Of a stretch of DNA of 64,000 nucleotides, positions 27,548 to 37,314 are shown one piece after another. The stretch covers positions 744,001-808,000 of the forward strand of contig OY730414.1 of NCBI GenBank assembly GCA_963422615.1. Reading direction: 5' to 3'. Position 1 is the first letter of the stretch, and each line of letters opens with the position of its first letter. Position numbers and translations under genes: made by a program. This DNA comes from Longimicrobiales bacterium. GTDB lineage: Bacteria; Gemmatimonadota; Gemmatimonadetes; Longimicrobiales; Gaopeijiaceae. A model generated the notes under the pieces. That model ran no database searches and had not been told where the DNA came from. It saw only the letters and a program-made list of their open reading frames with translations.

Positions 27548-29683
27548 ATGGCCGGCAGCCTCAAAAAGGAACTCGGGCTCTTCGACGTCTACGCCATCGC
27601 TACGGGAGCTACCCTGAGCTCCGGGTTTTTTCTGCTGCCGGGCATTGCCGCCGGCCACGCTGGGGGAATGCTGCCGGGCGCATACTTGGTGGCCGGGCTC
27701 TGTCTGGTCCCCGGGTTCCTCAGCATGGCGGAGCTATCCACGGCCATGCCCCGCGCCGGGGGCATCTACTACTTCCTGGACCGGAGCATGGGGCCCATCG
27801 TCGGCACAATCGGCGGCTTCGGCACATGGAGTACGCTCACCCTCAAGGTTGCCTTTGCGCTGGTCGGACTGGGCGCCTACCTCCACCATTATTTTCCGGA
27901 ACTCCCTGTGGGGCCCATCGCCGTTGCGCTGGCCCTGGTTTTCGCCGGTGTGAACCTCTTCGGCGCCAAGAAGACCAGCTTCCTCCAGCTTTTTCTGACG
28001 GTGACCACCGTGACGGTGGTGGGATGGTTCATCGGGATGGGCGTCACGGCGGTGAACCCGGCGGCATTCGAGGGGGCCTTCACCATCGAGGTCGACTCGT
28101 TCATCGCGTCGGTCGGCTTGGTCATCGTCTCGTACATGGGGCTGACCCAGGTGGCTTCGATCTCCGAAGAGGTCAAGAACCCCGAGCGGAACCTTCCTGG
28201 CGGAATGCTCCTCGCTTTCGTAACCGTGCTGGTGATCTACGTAGGCGGCACGTGGGTAATGGTGGGCGTGCTGGGGCTCTCCAACCTTACCGCCGACGGT
28301 GGGAACCTCTCCCCGGCGGCGTCTCTGGCCGGCACCCTTTCCGGTCCGGTCGGGGGTCTGGTCATGACCGTGGCTGCGATACTGGCGTTCCTGTCGGTCG
28401 GTAACGCCGGGGTCCTGTCGGCGAGTCGGTACCCCCTGGCGATGAGTCGGGACCAAATCCTCCCCCGCCGATTGCAGAAGATCAGCCGGTGGGGTACGCC
28501 GCATGTCGCCATTTTGGCAACGGCGGGGCTGATCGTTTTTTGGCTGATTCTCCTTGACCCGGGGCACATCGCGGAACTGGCCGGTGCGTTCCTCCTCATC
28601 ATGTTCGCTCTCAGTTCCCTGGCCGTGATCGTGATGAGACAGAGCGGTATTGAGTCGTACGACCCCGGGTTTCGGTCGCCCTTCTATCCGTGGGTACAGA
28701 TCGCCGGCCTTGTCATGCCCTTTCCCCTCATCATCGAGATGGGGTGGCTGGCTACCCTCCTGAGCGTTGGCTTCATTGCCTTCGGGATCTTCTGGTACGG
28801 CTCCTTTGCCCGGAAGAGAGTGTCCCGCGAAGGCGCCGTCTACCACGTCTTCGCTCGCCTGGGGCAGCAGAGAGACGTTGGGCTGGAGCACGAACTTCGG
28901 GAGATCTTGAAGGAAAAGGGCCTTCGTCCCGCGGATCCCTTCGAAGCCCTCATCGCTTCGTCCGCCGTGCTGGATGTAGAAGGCACTCCTCCCTTTTCTA
29001 GTCTCGTCAAGCAGGCGTCAAAAGCCTTGTCCGAACAGCTCGGGGTATCCGATGATCGGCTCATTGAGGGGTTTCTTAGGGAGACTTCGACCGGAGGTTC
29101 ACCGTTGTCTTACGGCGTCGCCCTTCCGCACCTGCGGATGGATTCGATCCCGGAGCCGGGGGCGGTCCTGGTGCGGGCCAGAGAAGGGATCGCGGTTGAT
29201 ACCGGCGGGGATCTTGCCAGAACTTCGCCAGATCGGCCCATCCAGGCGGCGTTCTTTCTTGCGAGTCCCCAAGGGGAGCCCGGCCTTCACCTGCGCATTT
29301 TGGCCCAGATTGCCGGGCGGGTGGACGACGACAGTTTTCTTGCCGAATGGCTCGGGGCTGCCGACATCCTGGAGCTGAAGGAGGTCATGCTCCGGGACGA
29401 GCACATGTTGGTGGTGGACATTTTGCCGGAGACCGCCGCCAGTACTCTCGTCGGCAGGAGCATGCGGGAGCTTTCGTTCCCCCGGGATGCCCTGGTGGCC
29501 ATGATTCGGAGGAAGGGCGACCTCGTCGTGCCCAAGGGGGATACGGTGGTGGAGTCGGGAGACCGGATCACCATCCTGGGCGATCCCCGAGCGATCATCA
29601 ATCTCCGGCGCCGCTACGAGGTCCACATGACGCGTGACGCGGCCGCAGACAGCTTGGACTTGGATAGGGGGCGTCAGAAATGA
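27548..29683 (+). CDS. APC-family amino acid permease fused to PTS EIIA-like and TrkA-C (RCK_C) domains
   Basis: 'LKKELGL', 'AELSTAMPRAGG', 'SEEVKNPERNLP', about 12 TM; EIIA 'GVALPHLR'; RCK_C 'MIRRKGDLVVPKGDTVVESGDRITI'. Confidence 0.9.
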   Translation: MAGSLKKELGLFDVYAIATGATLSSGFFLLPGIAAGHAGGMLPGAYLVAGLCLVPGFLSMAELSTAMPRAGGIYYFLDRSMGPIVGTIGGFGTWSTLTLKVAFALVGLGAYLHHYFPELPVGPIAVALALVFAGVNLFGAKKTSFLQLFLTVTTVTVVGWFIGMGVTAVNPAAFEGAFTIEVDSFIASVGLVIVSYMGLTQVASISEEVKNPERNLPGGMLLAFVTVLVIYVGGTWVMVGVLGLSNLTADGGNLSPAASLAGTLSGPVGGLVMTVAAILAFLSVGNAGVLSASRYPLAMSRDQILPRRLQKISRWGTPHVAILATAGLIVFWLILLDPGHIAELAGAFLLIMFALSSLAVIVMRQSGIESYDPGFRSPFYPWVQIAGLVMPFPLIIEMGWLATLLSVGFIAFGIFWYGSFARKRVSREGAVYHVFARLGQQRDVGLEHELREILKEKGLRPADPFEALIASSAVLDVEGTPPFSSLVKQASKALSEQLGVSDDRLIEGFLRETSTGGSPLSYGVALPHLRMDSIPEPGAVLVRAREGIAVDTGGDLARTSPDRPIQAAFFLASPQGEPGLHLRILAQIAGRVDDDSFLAEWLGAADILELKEVMLRDEHMLVVDILPETAASTLVGRSMRELSFPRDALVAMIRRKGDLVVPKGDTVVESGDRITILGDPRAIINLRRRYEVHMTRDAAADSLDLDRGRQK

Positions 29684-30411
29684 AGCTTCGCACGGGCACC
29701 AGCGGATTCTCGTACAAGGAGTGGAAGGGGAGCTTCTATCCCGAAGACCTTCCCGCCACGCAGATGCTGTCGTACTACGCTCGGCGCCTGGACAGCGTGG
29801 AAATCAACAACACCTTCTATCGTTTGCCCAGGGCCGAAGTGCTGAAAAAGTGGAAATCCCAGGTTCCAGCGGACTTCTCCTTTGTCCTGAAAGCCAGTCG
29901 GCGGATCACCCATATGAAGCGCCTGAAGGATGTCGGGGAGCCGCTGGAGTACCTGACTCGCACCGCGAAGGAAGCGCTGGGTGCTGCCTTGGGACCGATC
30001 CTCTTCCAGCTTCCCCCGTACCTGCGCAAAGACGTGGGCCGACTCTCGGATTTCCTGGCCATCCTGCCGACGGGGGTGAGGGCCGCCTTCGAGTTTCGCC
30101 ACGAGAGCTGGTTCGGGGACGACACCTATCGGGCCCTTTCGGACGGGGGCGCGGCCCTCGTGATCGCTGACACCGACGAGGGCGATGCGCCCGTGGTGGA
30201 CACGGCCGGTTTTGGCTACGCCCGGTTGCGCCGGCCCGGGTACACGGATGAAGATCTGGTTCGGTGGGCCGCTGCCCTGAGGGAACGGGAATGGGCGGAC
30301 GTCTTCGTCTTTTTCAAGCACGAGGATGCAGGCGCGGGTCCCAGGATGGCGGGTCGGTTCCGAGAGCGGTGGGCGGCATCCCCCTCGGGGGGGACATCTC
30401 GGCAACGATGA
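29680..30411 (+). CDS. DUF72 family protein
   Basis: 'GTSGFSY..W...FYP', 'VEINNTFY', 'LFQLPP', 'FEFRHESW'. Confidence 0.93.
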   Translation: MKLRTGTSGFSYKEWKGSFYPEDLPATQMLSYYARRLDSVEINNTFYRLPRAEVLKKWKSQVPADFSFVLKASRRITHMKRLKDVGEPLEYLTRTAKEALGAALGPILFQLPPYLRKDVGRLSDFLAILPTGVRAAFEFRHESWFGDDTYRALSDGGAALVIADTDEGDAPVVDTAGFGYARLRRPGYTDEDLVRWAAALREREWADVFVFFKHEDAGAGPRMAGRFRERWAASPSGGTSRQR

Positions 30412-30533
30412 CTTGGTCCCGAGAGAGATGCCGCTGAACGACTCCGCCAGTGGGCACGGCCTTGTCCGCTTTACTGAAGACGGACAGCGCAAGTCATGGC
30501 GGGGGCGGGGTACGTCGCTGGTTGGTGGGAAGG

Positions 30534-30902
30534 CTACTCACCCTGCCGGACGAACCGGATGGGGTCTTCCCGGCCATGGCACTTACGGGTCGAGTGGAAG
30601 GTCTTTTCCTCGATCCAGCCGTTGAGGGAGCAACCGCCCAACGGGCCTTCGATGTCGAGGGCCAGCTTGCCATCGGCCGAGACTTTGCCCGTCGTCCTAT
30701 GGGCGCCCCGGGGGTGACCCGCTTTGCTGTAGTCGTTGTAACTGTACCACCCCTGGACGGCATCATCCTGGTGAGACAACGTGAGGGTCTCCGTACCGTC
30801 GGCCGCCCACCACGTACCGGATACTTCGGGGGACTCGTCGGGTTCGGTCAGGCCGCAACCCAAGGTGACGAGCATCGGCATCAGAATCGCTAGTTTTTTC
30901 AT
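30534..30902 (-). CDS. Hypothetical lipoprotein (122 aa)
   Basis: 'MKK' + hydrophobic stretch + lipobox 'TLGC'; AAGGA RBS. Confidence 0.72.
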   Translation of the reverse strand: MKKLAILMPMLVTLGCGLTEPDESPEVSGTWWAADGTETLTLSHQDDAVQGWYSYNDYSKAGHPRGAHRTTGKVSADGKLALDIEGPLGGCSLNGWIEEKTFHSTRKCHGREDPIRFVRQGE

Positions 30903-30960
30903 GCTGTAGGTTTCCTTTTAGGGTTAGATAACTGGAGTTTGTTTGGCGCCTCCCGCCGTG

Positions 30961-31200
30961 CCCGGCAAGCGAGAAAGTCCGGGGTACGGGGTCCGGATCG
31001 GGAGACGCCCGAGAGTTGCGGTCACGCCCGGAAATGTCGGGCAGGACCGGCCTGGAAGGGGGCGGCTACTCCGCGCTGGTGCCGTGCAACCCCCCGGAGA
31101 GGGCAGAAGAGGAAAGACAGTGCACGGGGTCTCGGTCCAGATCACGGAGTAGCCAGAGCCAGCCACGCGATCGGAGGGGCGGACCCCCGCCCCCAATCGC
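30961..31200. other. Hairpin-rich intergenic element (candidate structured RNA or repeat element)
   Basis: Nested inverted repeats GGCTACTCCG 31064-31073 / CGGAGTAGCC 31145-31154 and CCGTGCA 31082-31088 / TGCACGG 31121-31127, plus adjacent hairpins. Confidence 0.35.
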
Positions 31201-31344
31201 ACGGGGCGATCACGGCCACCCACATCACCCTGATCCGCTTGGCGCCCTACTGCGCCCGTCATTAGGCTTCTAGCCAGTACTCGGCGCTCGGAGCTTCAAG
31301 CTGGAGATGGTAGCCTTGATCTGATTTCACGGATCCCCCCAGAG

Positions 31345-31416
31345 TGTTGTCAGTAGAAACATGTATCTGACACTTTACAACACGTTGTTGAGAAAGTCAA
31401 CAGTAGTTGTCAACTA
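31345..31416. promoter_or_regulatory. AT-rich promoter/operator with four inverted repeats upstream of MerR-like gene
   Basis: TGTCAG-N13-CTGACA, ACAAC-N2-GTTGT, TGTTGA-N5-TCAACA, TAGTTG-N1-CAACTA. Confidence 0.55.
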
Positions 31417-32201
31417 ACGATAGTAGACGCCACTCTAGAAAGAAAGCGGAACGCTCTGACCGGTCCGGTGAGAGCTATACGGCCAGGGAGCTGGAACGGG
31501 CGACGGGATTCGATTTGAGGACCATCGCGTACTACGTACAAAAGGGATTGCTCCCCAGGGTGGGCAGGCGAGGGCCCCGGACCCGCTACCCCCGCTTGGT
31601 CCGGGATCGCCTTCTCTTCATTCGGCGGGTGCGGGAGGCGGAGCGGGCTGGAGAGGTGCCACCCGTGTCTCTGAAACACATGAGCAGGCTCTTCAAGCAG
31701 GTCCCGCGGGAGCTGGTCGCCAGCGTTGCAGACGAGAAGACCCCCGTAACGCCGGAGATCGTCTCGCTACAGCCGACCGGCGCCATCTCCCCGGAATCCA
31801 GCACGAGGCCGCGCTTTGCAGAAAGCAGACAGTGGAGGGGCGATGAGGTTGAGGCACTCTCGTCGCTGGAGAGGCCTTCGTGGGCGGGCTTCCCCGCCCG
31901 TCGGCCCGCCCCTGACGGGAGCTATTGCCCCCCCGACCCGAAGGAGCGGACGGAACAGGCTGACCTGATCGACATCCTGGTTGATTTGCAGGAAGCTGCT
32001 GCCGCCCGCCGCGTACGTTCTCCCCGCTCAATAGGAGCACCGCAGGTCTGGTCCCGAGTCAAGATATCGGCTGACATCACAGTTTCGGTTCGGGGCATAA
32101 GCGCAGACGACCAACTCCTGACCCGGCTGGGGGAGATGCTGCGGAGACTGTTGTTGGGTCGGAAGCAGGAGAGATTGGCGTCCCGCGATTCCGACGGATA
32201 G
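31407..32201 (+). CDS. MerR-family helix-turn-helix regulator
   Basis: 'YTARELERATGFDLRTIAYYVQKGLLP...RY...DRLLFIRR'; TTG start uncertain. Confidence 0.8.
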   Translation: MSTNDSRRHSRKKAERSDRSGESYTARELERATGFDLRTIAYYVQKGLLPRVGRRGPRTRYPRLVRDRLLFIRRVREAERAGEVPPVSLKHMSRLFKQVPRELVASVADEKTPVTPEIVSLQPTGAISPESSTRPRFAESRQWRGDEVEALSSLERPSWAGFPARRPAPDGSYCPPDPKERTEQADLIDILVDLQEAAAARRVRSPRSIGAPQVWSRVKISADITVSVRGISADDQLLTRLGEMLRRLLLGRKQERLASRDSDG

Positions 32202-32362
32202 CGACAGAGGGCGGGACCCCCGTCCTTGACAGCGCCCGACCCCGACCCGATCATCCGTCGCGGGTTTCCCGACCGAATGGACAAGCCCAGCCTCGGGTTG
32301 AGGCCCCGGTATCGGATCGCACACGGACGGCCTGGACCGGGCCCCGAATAAGGACCCTCGCC

Positions 32363-33292
32363 ATGGTCATTGACGTCAGAAAGCGGAGTCACATCCCGTC
32401 CTCCGAGATCACTCCCGAGGCCATCTATATGGATCGTCGGCGTTTCCTGGGGGCTTCGGCGGGAGCGGGAGCGGCGGCCGCCCTCTTCGGATCGGCGGCC
32501 GCCCTGACAGCCCGTCAGGAAGATGAGCTGAACACCTACGAAGAAGTCACCACCTACAACAATTTCTACGAGTTTGGCACCGGGAAGGAAGACCCCGTCA
32601 GAAACGCCGGATCCCTGGTTACCCGACCGTGGACCGTCAGGGTGGACGGACTCTGCAACAATCCTGCGGAGTACCACCTCGAAGATTTTGTCTCCCCCTC
32701 CGCGATCGAAGACCGGGTCTACCGTCTCCGCTGCGTAGAGGGGTGGTCGATGGTGATTCCCTGGCAGGGTTTCCCCTTGGCCGACGTCGTCAGACGGGCA
32801 GACCCGACGGTGGGCGCCAAGTACGTCGCCTTCGAGACGCTGTGGAGACCGTCCCAGATGCCGGAGCGGCGCTGGGTTCCCAGGATCGGTTGGCCGTACC
32901 GGGAGGGCTTGCGCCTGGATGAGGCGCTCCACCCCCTGGCATTTTTGGCCACAGGGTTGTACGGGAAACCCGTTCCCAACCAGAACGGCGCTCCCCTGCG
33001 GCTCCTGGTGCCGTGGAAGTACGGGTTCAAGAGCATCAAGTCGGTTGTGCGTGTGACCTTTACCGAGGAGGAACCGCCGACCACCTGGGCGACCCAGACC
33101 CCGTCGGAGTATGGTTTCTATTCGAACGTGAATCCCGACGTGTCCCATCCTCGTTGGAGCCAGGCTCGGGAAAGGCGCATTGACGGCGACCAACGGTTCG
33201 GTTTCCGTTGGATGGACACCCGGTTTCTCAACGGATACGCCGACGAAGTGGCCCATCTATACGAAGGGATGGACCTGAAGAAGTTCTTCTGA
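32363..33292 (+). CDS. msrP: Protein-methionine-sulfoxide reductase catalytic subunit
   Basis: 'SEITP', Tat motif 'RRRFL', 'YNNFYEFG', Mo-Cys 'RCVEGWSMVIPW', 'QNGAPLRL..PWKYGFKSIK'. Confidence 0.96.
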   Translation: MVIDVRKRSHIPSSEITPEAIYMDRRRFLGASAGAGAAAALFGSAAALTARQEDELNTYEEVTTYNNFYEFGTGKEDPVRNAGSLVTRPWTVRVDGLCNNPAEYHLEDFVSPSAIEDRVYRLRCVEGWSMVIPWQGFPLADVVRRADPTVGAKYVAFETLWRPSQMPERRWVPRIGWPYREGLRLDEALHPLAFLATGLYGKPVPNQNGAPLRLLVPWKYGFKSIKSVVRVTFTEEEPPTTWATQTPSEYGFYSNVNPDVSHPRWSQARERRIDGDQRFGFRWMDTRFLNGYADEVAHLYEGMDLKKFF

Positions 33293-33294
33293 AC

Positions 33295-33906
33295 ATGGCT
33301 CCCGGACGGCAGATTCTCCTTCTCAAGGGTGCGATCTGGCTGGCCGGGCTGACGTCCCCGATTTGGCTGGGGGTCGGGTTTGTCCGGGGGACCCTGGGGG
33401 TTAACCCCGTCGAGAAGATCATCCTGGTCGAGGGCCGCTGGACCTTGGGGTTTCTTCTGGCAACCATGGCCGTGACCCCCGTTCGCCGTCTGACCGGCTG
33501 GAACCGGATTATTCGGGTCCGCCGCTTGACGGGGCTCTTCGCCTTCTTCCACGCCTGTGTCCATTTTCTGGCCTATGTGGGCATGGACCAGTTCTTCGCC
33601 TTCCGGTACATTTTCGAAGACGTGCTGGAGCGGCGCTACATCACGGCGGGCTTCAGCGGGCTGGTGCTCATGATTCCCCTGGCCATTACGTCCACGAGGG
33701 GGTGGATCCGACGTTTGGGAAGGCGATGGCAGCGGCTCCATCGGCTGGCCTACGCAGCTGCCGCGCTGGGGGTCCTTCACTTTTTCTGGAAGGTCAGGGC
33801 GGACACCTTCTGGCCCCTCGTCTCGGCGCTGGTGCTGGCCGGTCTCCTCTTGGTCAGGGTCATGGGCCCGGCGAAGAAGAAGCTGGCGGTCAACCGCAAT
33901 CGGTAG
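33295..33906 (+). CDS. msrQ: Protein-methionine-sulfoxide reductase heme-binding membrane subunit
   Basis: 'VTPVR', 'RRLTGLFAFFHACVH', 'PLAITS', 'WQRLHRLAY', 'LHFFW'; follows msrP. Confidence 0.94.
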   Translation: MAPGRQILLLKGAIWLAGLTSPIWLGVGFVRGTLGVNPVEKIILVEGRWTLGFLLATMAVTPVRRLTGWNRIIRVRRLTGLFAFFHACVHFLAYVGMDQFFAFRYIFEDVLERRYITAGFSGLVLMIPLAITSTRGWIRRLGRRWQRLHRLAYAAAALGVLHFFWKVRADTFWPLVSALVLAGLLLVRVMGPAKKKLAVNRNR

Positions 33907-33930
33907 TACCAAGTCATCAAGGACGGTGAA

Positions 33931-34950
33931 GTGGCGCACCTTCGGGCGGGTCGGGTGGGGATTCTGGGGTTGCCGGGCCTGGCCGGGAGTGTGGGACTGA
34001 TCGCGGTCCTGGGATCAGCCGCCGGCCCTGGGGCGACCGCGGATCCGGGGTCTTCCCAGCCCCCACCGAGCCAAACAATCGGAACCGCCCACCGGGGGAC
34101 TGCATCGGAACCGGTCCTCTTTCTTGCGCCTTCCAGGGCGTTACTGGCGGATGGCTTGACGCGCCTGTACGAAGGCGTCGGCGCCTCCGACCTGGACTTC
34201 GGCACTACCGCCGGTGCACCTCCCATGGCGTCCGCTTCGCCTTCCCGTTCCCCCGCCGGAGGCCCGAGTGCCCGGCCGCCGGCCGCGGATCCGTGGCATG
34301 AGTTCTACTTCACCCGGGCAGCCTATTCGTCCTTTCGAGGTTTTGGACGCCGGGGGAGCTGGGCCACCGACTATCCCAAGGCGGATCGCCAGTTCCTGAC
34401 GGTCCTGAAGCGGCTGACGAATCTGGATGCTTTCGAATATGAGAATGCGGTCCTGCTGACCGACGAGAAGCTCCGGCGATTCCCGTTCCTATACGCCCTC
34501 GAAGTCGGCTTCATGGCCCTTTCGCCCCCGGAAATTGCCGGTTTGCGAGAGTACCTGAAGGCGGGTGGCTTCCTGGTCATCGACGACTTCTGGGGTACCC
34601 GGGAATGGATGCAGTTCGAGTACCAGATCAGGCAGGTGTTCCCGGACCGTCCCATCATCGACCTGAGCCTGGACCACCCTGTCTTCGGCACATTCTACGA
34701 CATCGACGAAATCCTTCAGGTGCCGGCATACGGAAGATACTTTCGGGGACGAACCAGTGAGCGCGACGGATACATCCCCTACGTCAAGGGGATCGAGGAC
34801 GACGACGGCAGGCTCATGGTCATCATCAACTGGAACACCGACTTGGGTGACGCTTGGGAATGGGCGGAGCAGCCCGACTACCCCCTTCGCTTCTCGACCT
34901 TTGCCTACCAGATGGGCGTGAACATGATCATCTACGCCATGAGCCATTGA
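33931..34950 (+). CDS. DUF4159 domain protein
   Basis: 'WATDYPKAD', 'LREYLKAGGFLVIDDF', 'NTDLGDAWE', 'GVNMIIYAMSH'; start uncertain. Confidence 0.88.
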   Translation: MAHLRAGRVGILGLPGLAGSVGLIAVLGSAAGPGATADPGSSQPPPSQTIGTAHRGTASEPVLFLAPSRALLADGLTRLYEGVGASDLDFGTTAGAPPMASASPSRSPAGGPSARPPAADPWHEFYFTRAAYSSFRGFGRRGSWATDYPKADRQFLTVLKRLTNLDAFEYENAVLLTDEKLRRFPFLYALEVGFMALSPPEIAGLREYLKAGGFLVIDDFWGTREWMQFEYQIRQVFPDRPIIDLSLDHPVFGTFYDIDEILQVPAYGRYFRGRTSERDGYIPYVKGIEDDDGRLMVIINWNTDLGDAWEWAEQPDYPLRFSTFAYQMGVNMIIYAMSH

Positions 34951-35019
34951 CGGCCAGGCGGGCGGGTTCCAGGGAGTGACGGTCCGTCCCGAGGGGGTTG
35001 GACGAAGGCGCATGAAACC

Positions 35020-37314
35020 ATGAGCGACTTCTTCGAGTTTCTTTTCAAGTATCCGCCCGTCTTGTTCCGGGAAGGGGAGATTTCGTTTCTTTCTCCCTGG
35101 CCGGGAGTGCTCGTTGGCGTGGCTGCGGCTGTTCTGGTGGGGCTCTCCGTGTTCAGCTATGTCATGGTCAGGGGACGGAGCGGAACCGCGGACCGTTGGG
35201 TTCTGGGCATTCTGCGGGGCGCATTGTTTGCCGTACTCTTTCTCGTCGTCATGCAGCCGGGTTTGGTGCTGACCTCCGTGGTGCCGCAGCGGAACTTCGT
35301 GGCGGTCCTGGTGGACGACTCGAAGAGCATGAACATCGCCGACCGGGACGGGACAACCCGGGCCGAAAAGGCAATTCGGATGCTGGATCCGGAAGGGGAT
35401 CTTGTCGCTGGACTGGCCGATGACTTCGCCATTCGCTACTTCCGGTTTTCGTCCGTTCCCAGCCGGATCGAGGGGCTGGATGGGCTTGAGTTCGGGGGAA
35501 GCCGCACCCGGATGGGGGTTGCTCTGGACCATGTTCGAGAGGAGTTGCAGGGGGTTCCCCTTTCGGGACTGGTGGTCGTTTCCGACGGCGGCGATAACGG
35601 CGAAGAAGCCATCGGGGAAGCCCTGCTGCCCCTGCGGGCCGAGTCGGTGCCCGTGTTCACCGTCGGCCTGGGTGACGAGGAGGTGGAGGCCGATATTCAG
35701 GTGGGCAGGGTCGATGTTCCGGCGAAGTCTCTGGCGGGCACCTCGATTCCCGTCAATGTCCTTTTGGACGCCAGGGGGTACGCAGGTCGAAGGGTCTCCG
35801 TGGTCGTGGAAGACATGGGACGGATTGTCACAACGGAAGAGGTTACGCTTCCCGGCGACGGCCAACCCCTGGTTGTCCCCATCGCAATCACTCTGGAAAC
35901 GGAGGGCGCCCGGGAGCTCACGTTTCGGGTTCCTGGCCAACCCGGAGAGCGGGTCGTGGAAAACAACGAAGTCCGGGCCGTGGTCCAGGTTCGGGAGCGG
36001 ACGGAGAAGATTCTCTATTTCGAAGGCGAGCCCCGCCACGAAGTCGCCTTCATGCTGCGAGCCGTACGAGACGACGAAAACGTCCAGGTCGTCCTCCTTC
36101 AACGCACCGCAGAGAACAAATTCTTCCGTCGCAACCTGGACGACCCGATGGAACTCCTTGCCGGCTTTCCCGATACCCGGGAGGAACTATACGAATACCG
36201 CGCTTTGGTCCTGGGGTCGGTGGAGGCCAGCTTTTTTTCCCACGACCAACTGGCCATGATTGCGGACTTTGTCAGCATTCGGGGTGGCACGCTGCTGCTG
36301 CTCGGGGGCCGACGAGCCTTTTCCGAAGGAGGCTACAAGGGCACCCCTCTGGAGGATGCGCTGCCCGTGGTTCTTGAAGAGCCGGACGGTCGAGATCCCG
36401 GTGAGCGCCTCGTATTCGTGAAGGTCAGCCCCACCGCTGCGGGGACGCACCACCCGGCTACGCGGATCGGGAACACCCTAGAACATTCGGCCGCGAAGTG
36501 GGACTCGTTGCCTGAAGTATCGACCACCAATCGGGTTACGGATCTGAAGCCGGGCGCAACGGGGCTCCTGAAGGGGGAGGTCACGGGCGGCCCCGGATCG
36601 TCGGCGGATCGGGTGGTCATGGCCTTTCAACGATACGGCAAGGGGAAGTCCATGGTTCTGGCCGTCCAGGACACGTGGCTCTGGCAGATGGACCATTCGG
36701 TCGCTCTCGAGGACCAGAGCCACGAAACGTTCTGGAGACGACTTCTCCGGTGGACGGTGTCCGAGACCCCGGATCGGGTGGAGGCTGCGCCCGAACGGGA
36801 GTCGGTAGAAGCGGGGGAATCCGTCTCGGTGGTGGCAACGGTCCTGGACGCGGGGTTCGTGGAGGTGAACGGCGCCCAGGTGACCGCTCGGGTCACCACC
36901 CCGGTGGGCGTCGTGCGGGAGCTGCCCATGGAGTGGTCGGTGGAAGAAGATGGGGAGTACGTTGCGACGTTCTCCCCGGAGGCAGAGGGAATCTTCGAAG
37001 TTTCCGTGGCCGCGGGACGCGATTCGGTCGCGCTGGGTTCGGCCCGGACGAGCGTTCGGGTTGCTCCCAGTACCGATGAATTCCAGAACCCGCACCAGAG
37101 ACGAGGCCTCATGGAGCGGGTCGCCCACGAAACCGGGGGCCGTTACTACACCGCCCAGACAGCCGGCAGGCTTGCCCAAGACCTTCGGTTCAGCGGAGGC
37201 GGCGTGACGGTTCGGGAGGACCGGGATCTGTGGGATATGCCCTTTTTCTTTTTCCTGTTGATGGGCCTGTTGGCTGGAGAATGGACGTACCGGCGAAGGC
37301 GAGGCTTGGCTTGA
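35020..37314 (+). CDS. Membrane protein with VWA and glutamine-amidotransferase-like domains
   Basis: N-terminal TMs, MIDAS 'VDDSKSM' and 'VSDG', 'ILYFEGEPRHE', 'RGGTLLLLGG', C-terminal TM 'EWTYRRRRGLA'. Confidence 0.85.
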   Translation: MSDFFEFLFKYPPVLFREGEISFLSPWPGVLVGVAAAVLVGLSVFSYVMVRGRSGTADRWVLGILRGALFAVLFLVVMQPGLVLTSVVPQRNFVAVLVDDSKSMNIADRDGTTRAEKAIRMLDPEGDLVAGLADDFAIRYFRFSSVPSRIEGLDGLEFGGSRTRMGVALDHVREELQGVPLSGLVVVSDGGDNGEEAIGEALLPLRAESVPVFTVGLGDEEVEADIQVGRVDVPAKSLAGTSIPVNVLLDARGYAGRRVSVVVEDMGRIVTTEEVTLPGDGQPLVVPIAITLETEGARELTFRVPGQPGERVVENNEVRAVVQVRERTEKILYFEGEPRHEVAFMLRAVRDDENVQVVLLQRTAENKFFRRNLDDPMELLAGFPDTREELYEYRALVLGSVEASFFSHDQLAMIADFVSIRGGTLLLLGGRRAFSEGGYKGTPLEDALPVVLEEPDGRDPGERLVFVKVSPTAAGTHHPATRIGNTLEHSAAKWDSLPEVSTTNRVTDLKPGATGLLKGEVTGGPGSSADRVVMAFQRYGKGKSMVLAVQDTWLWQMDHSVALEDQSHETFWRRLLRWTVSETPDRVEAAPERESVEAGESVSVVATVLDAGFVEVNGAQVTARVTTPVGVVRELPMEWSVEEDGEYVATFSPEAEGIFEVSVAAGRDSVALGSARTSVRVAPSTDEFQNPHQRRGLMERVAHETGGRYYTAQTAGRLAQDLRFSGGGVTVREDRDLWDMPFFFFLLMGLLAGEWTYRRRRGLA

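Noticed and set aside
30970..30990. GAGAAAGTCCGGG resembling the RNase P RNA GAGGAAAGTCC motif
   Set aside because: Imperfect match and the complementary 3' ACAGAA..CGGCTTA element is absent
32202..32362. Moco riboswitch upstream of msrP
   Set aside because: Only a short hairpin and a TTGACA without a good -10; no recognisable riboswitch consensus
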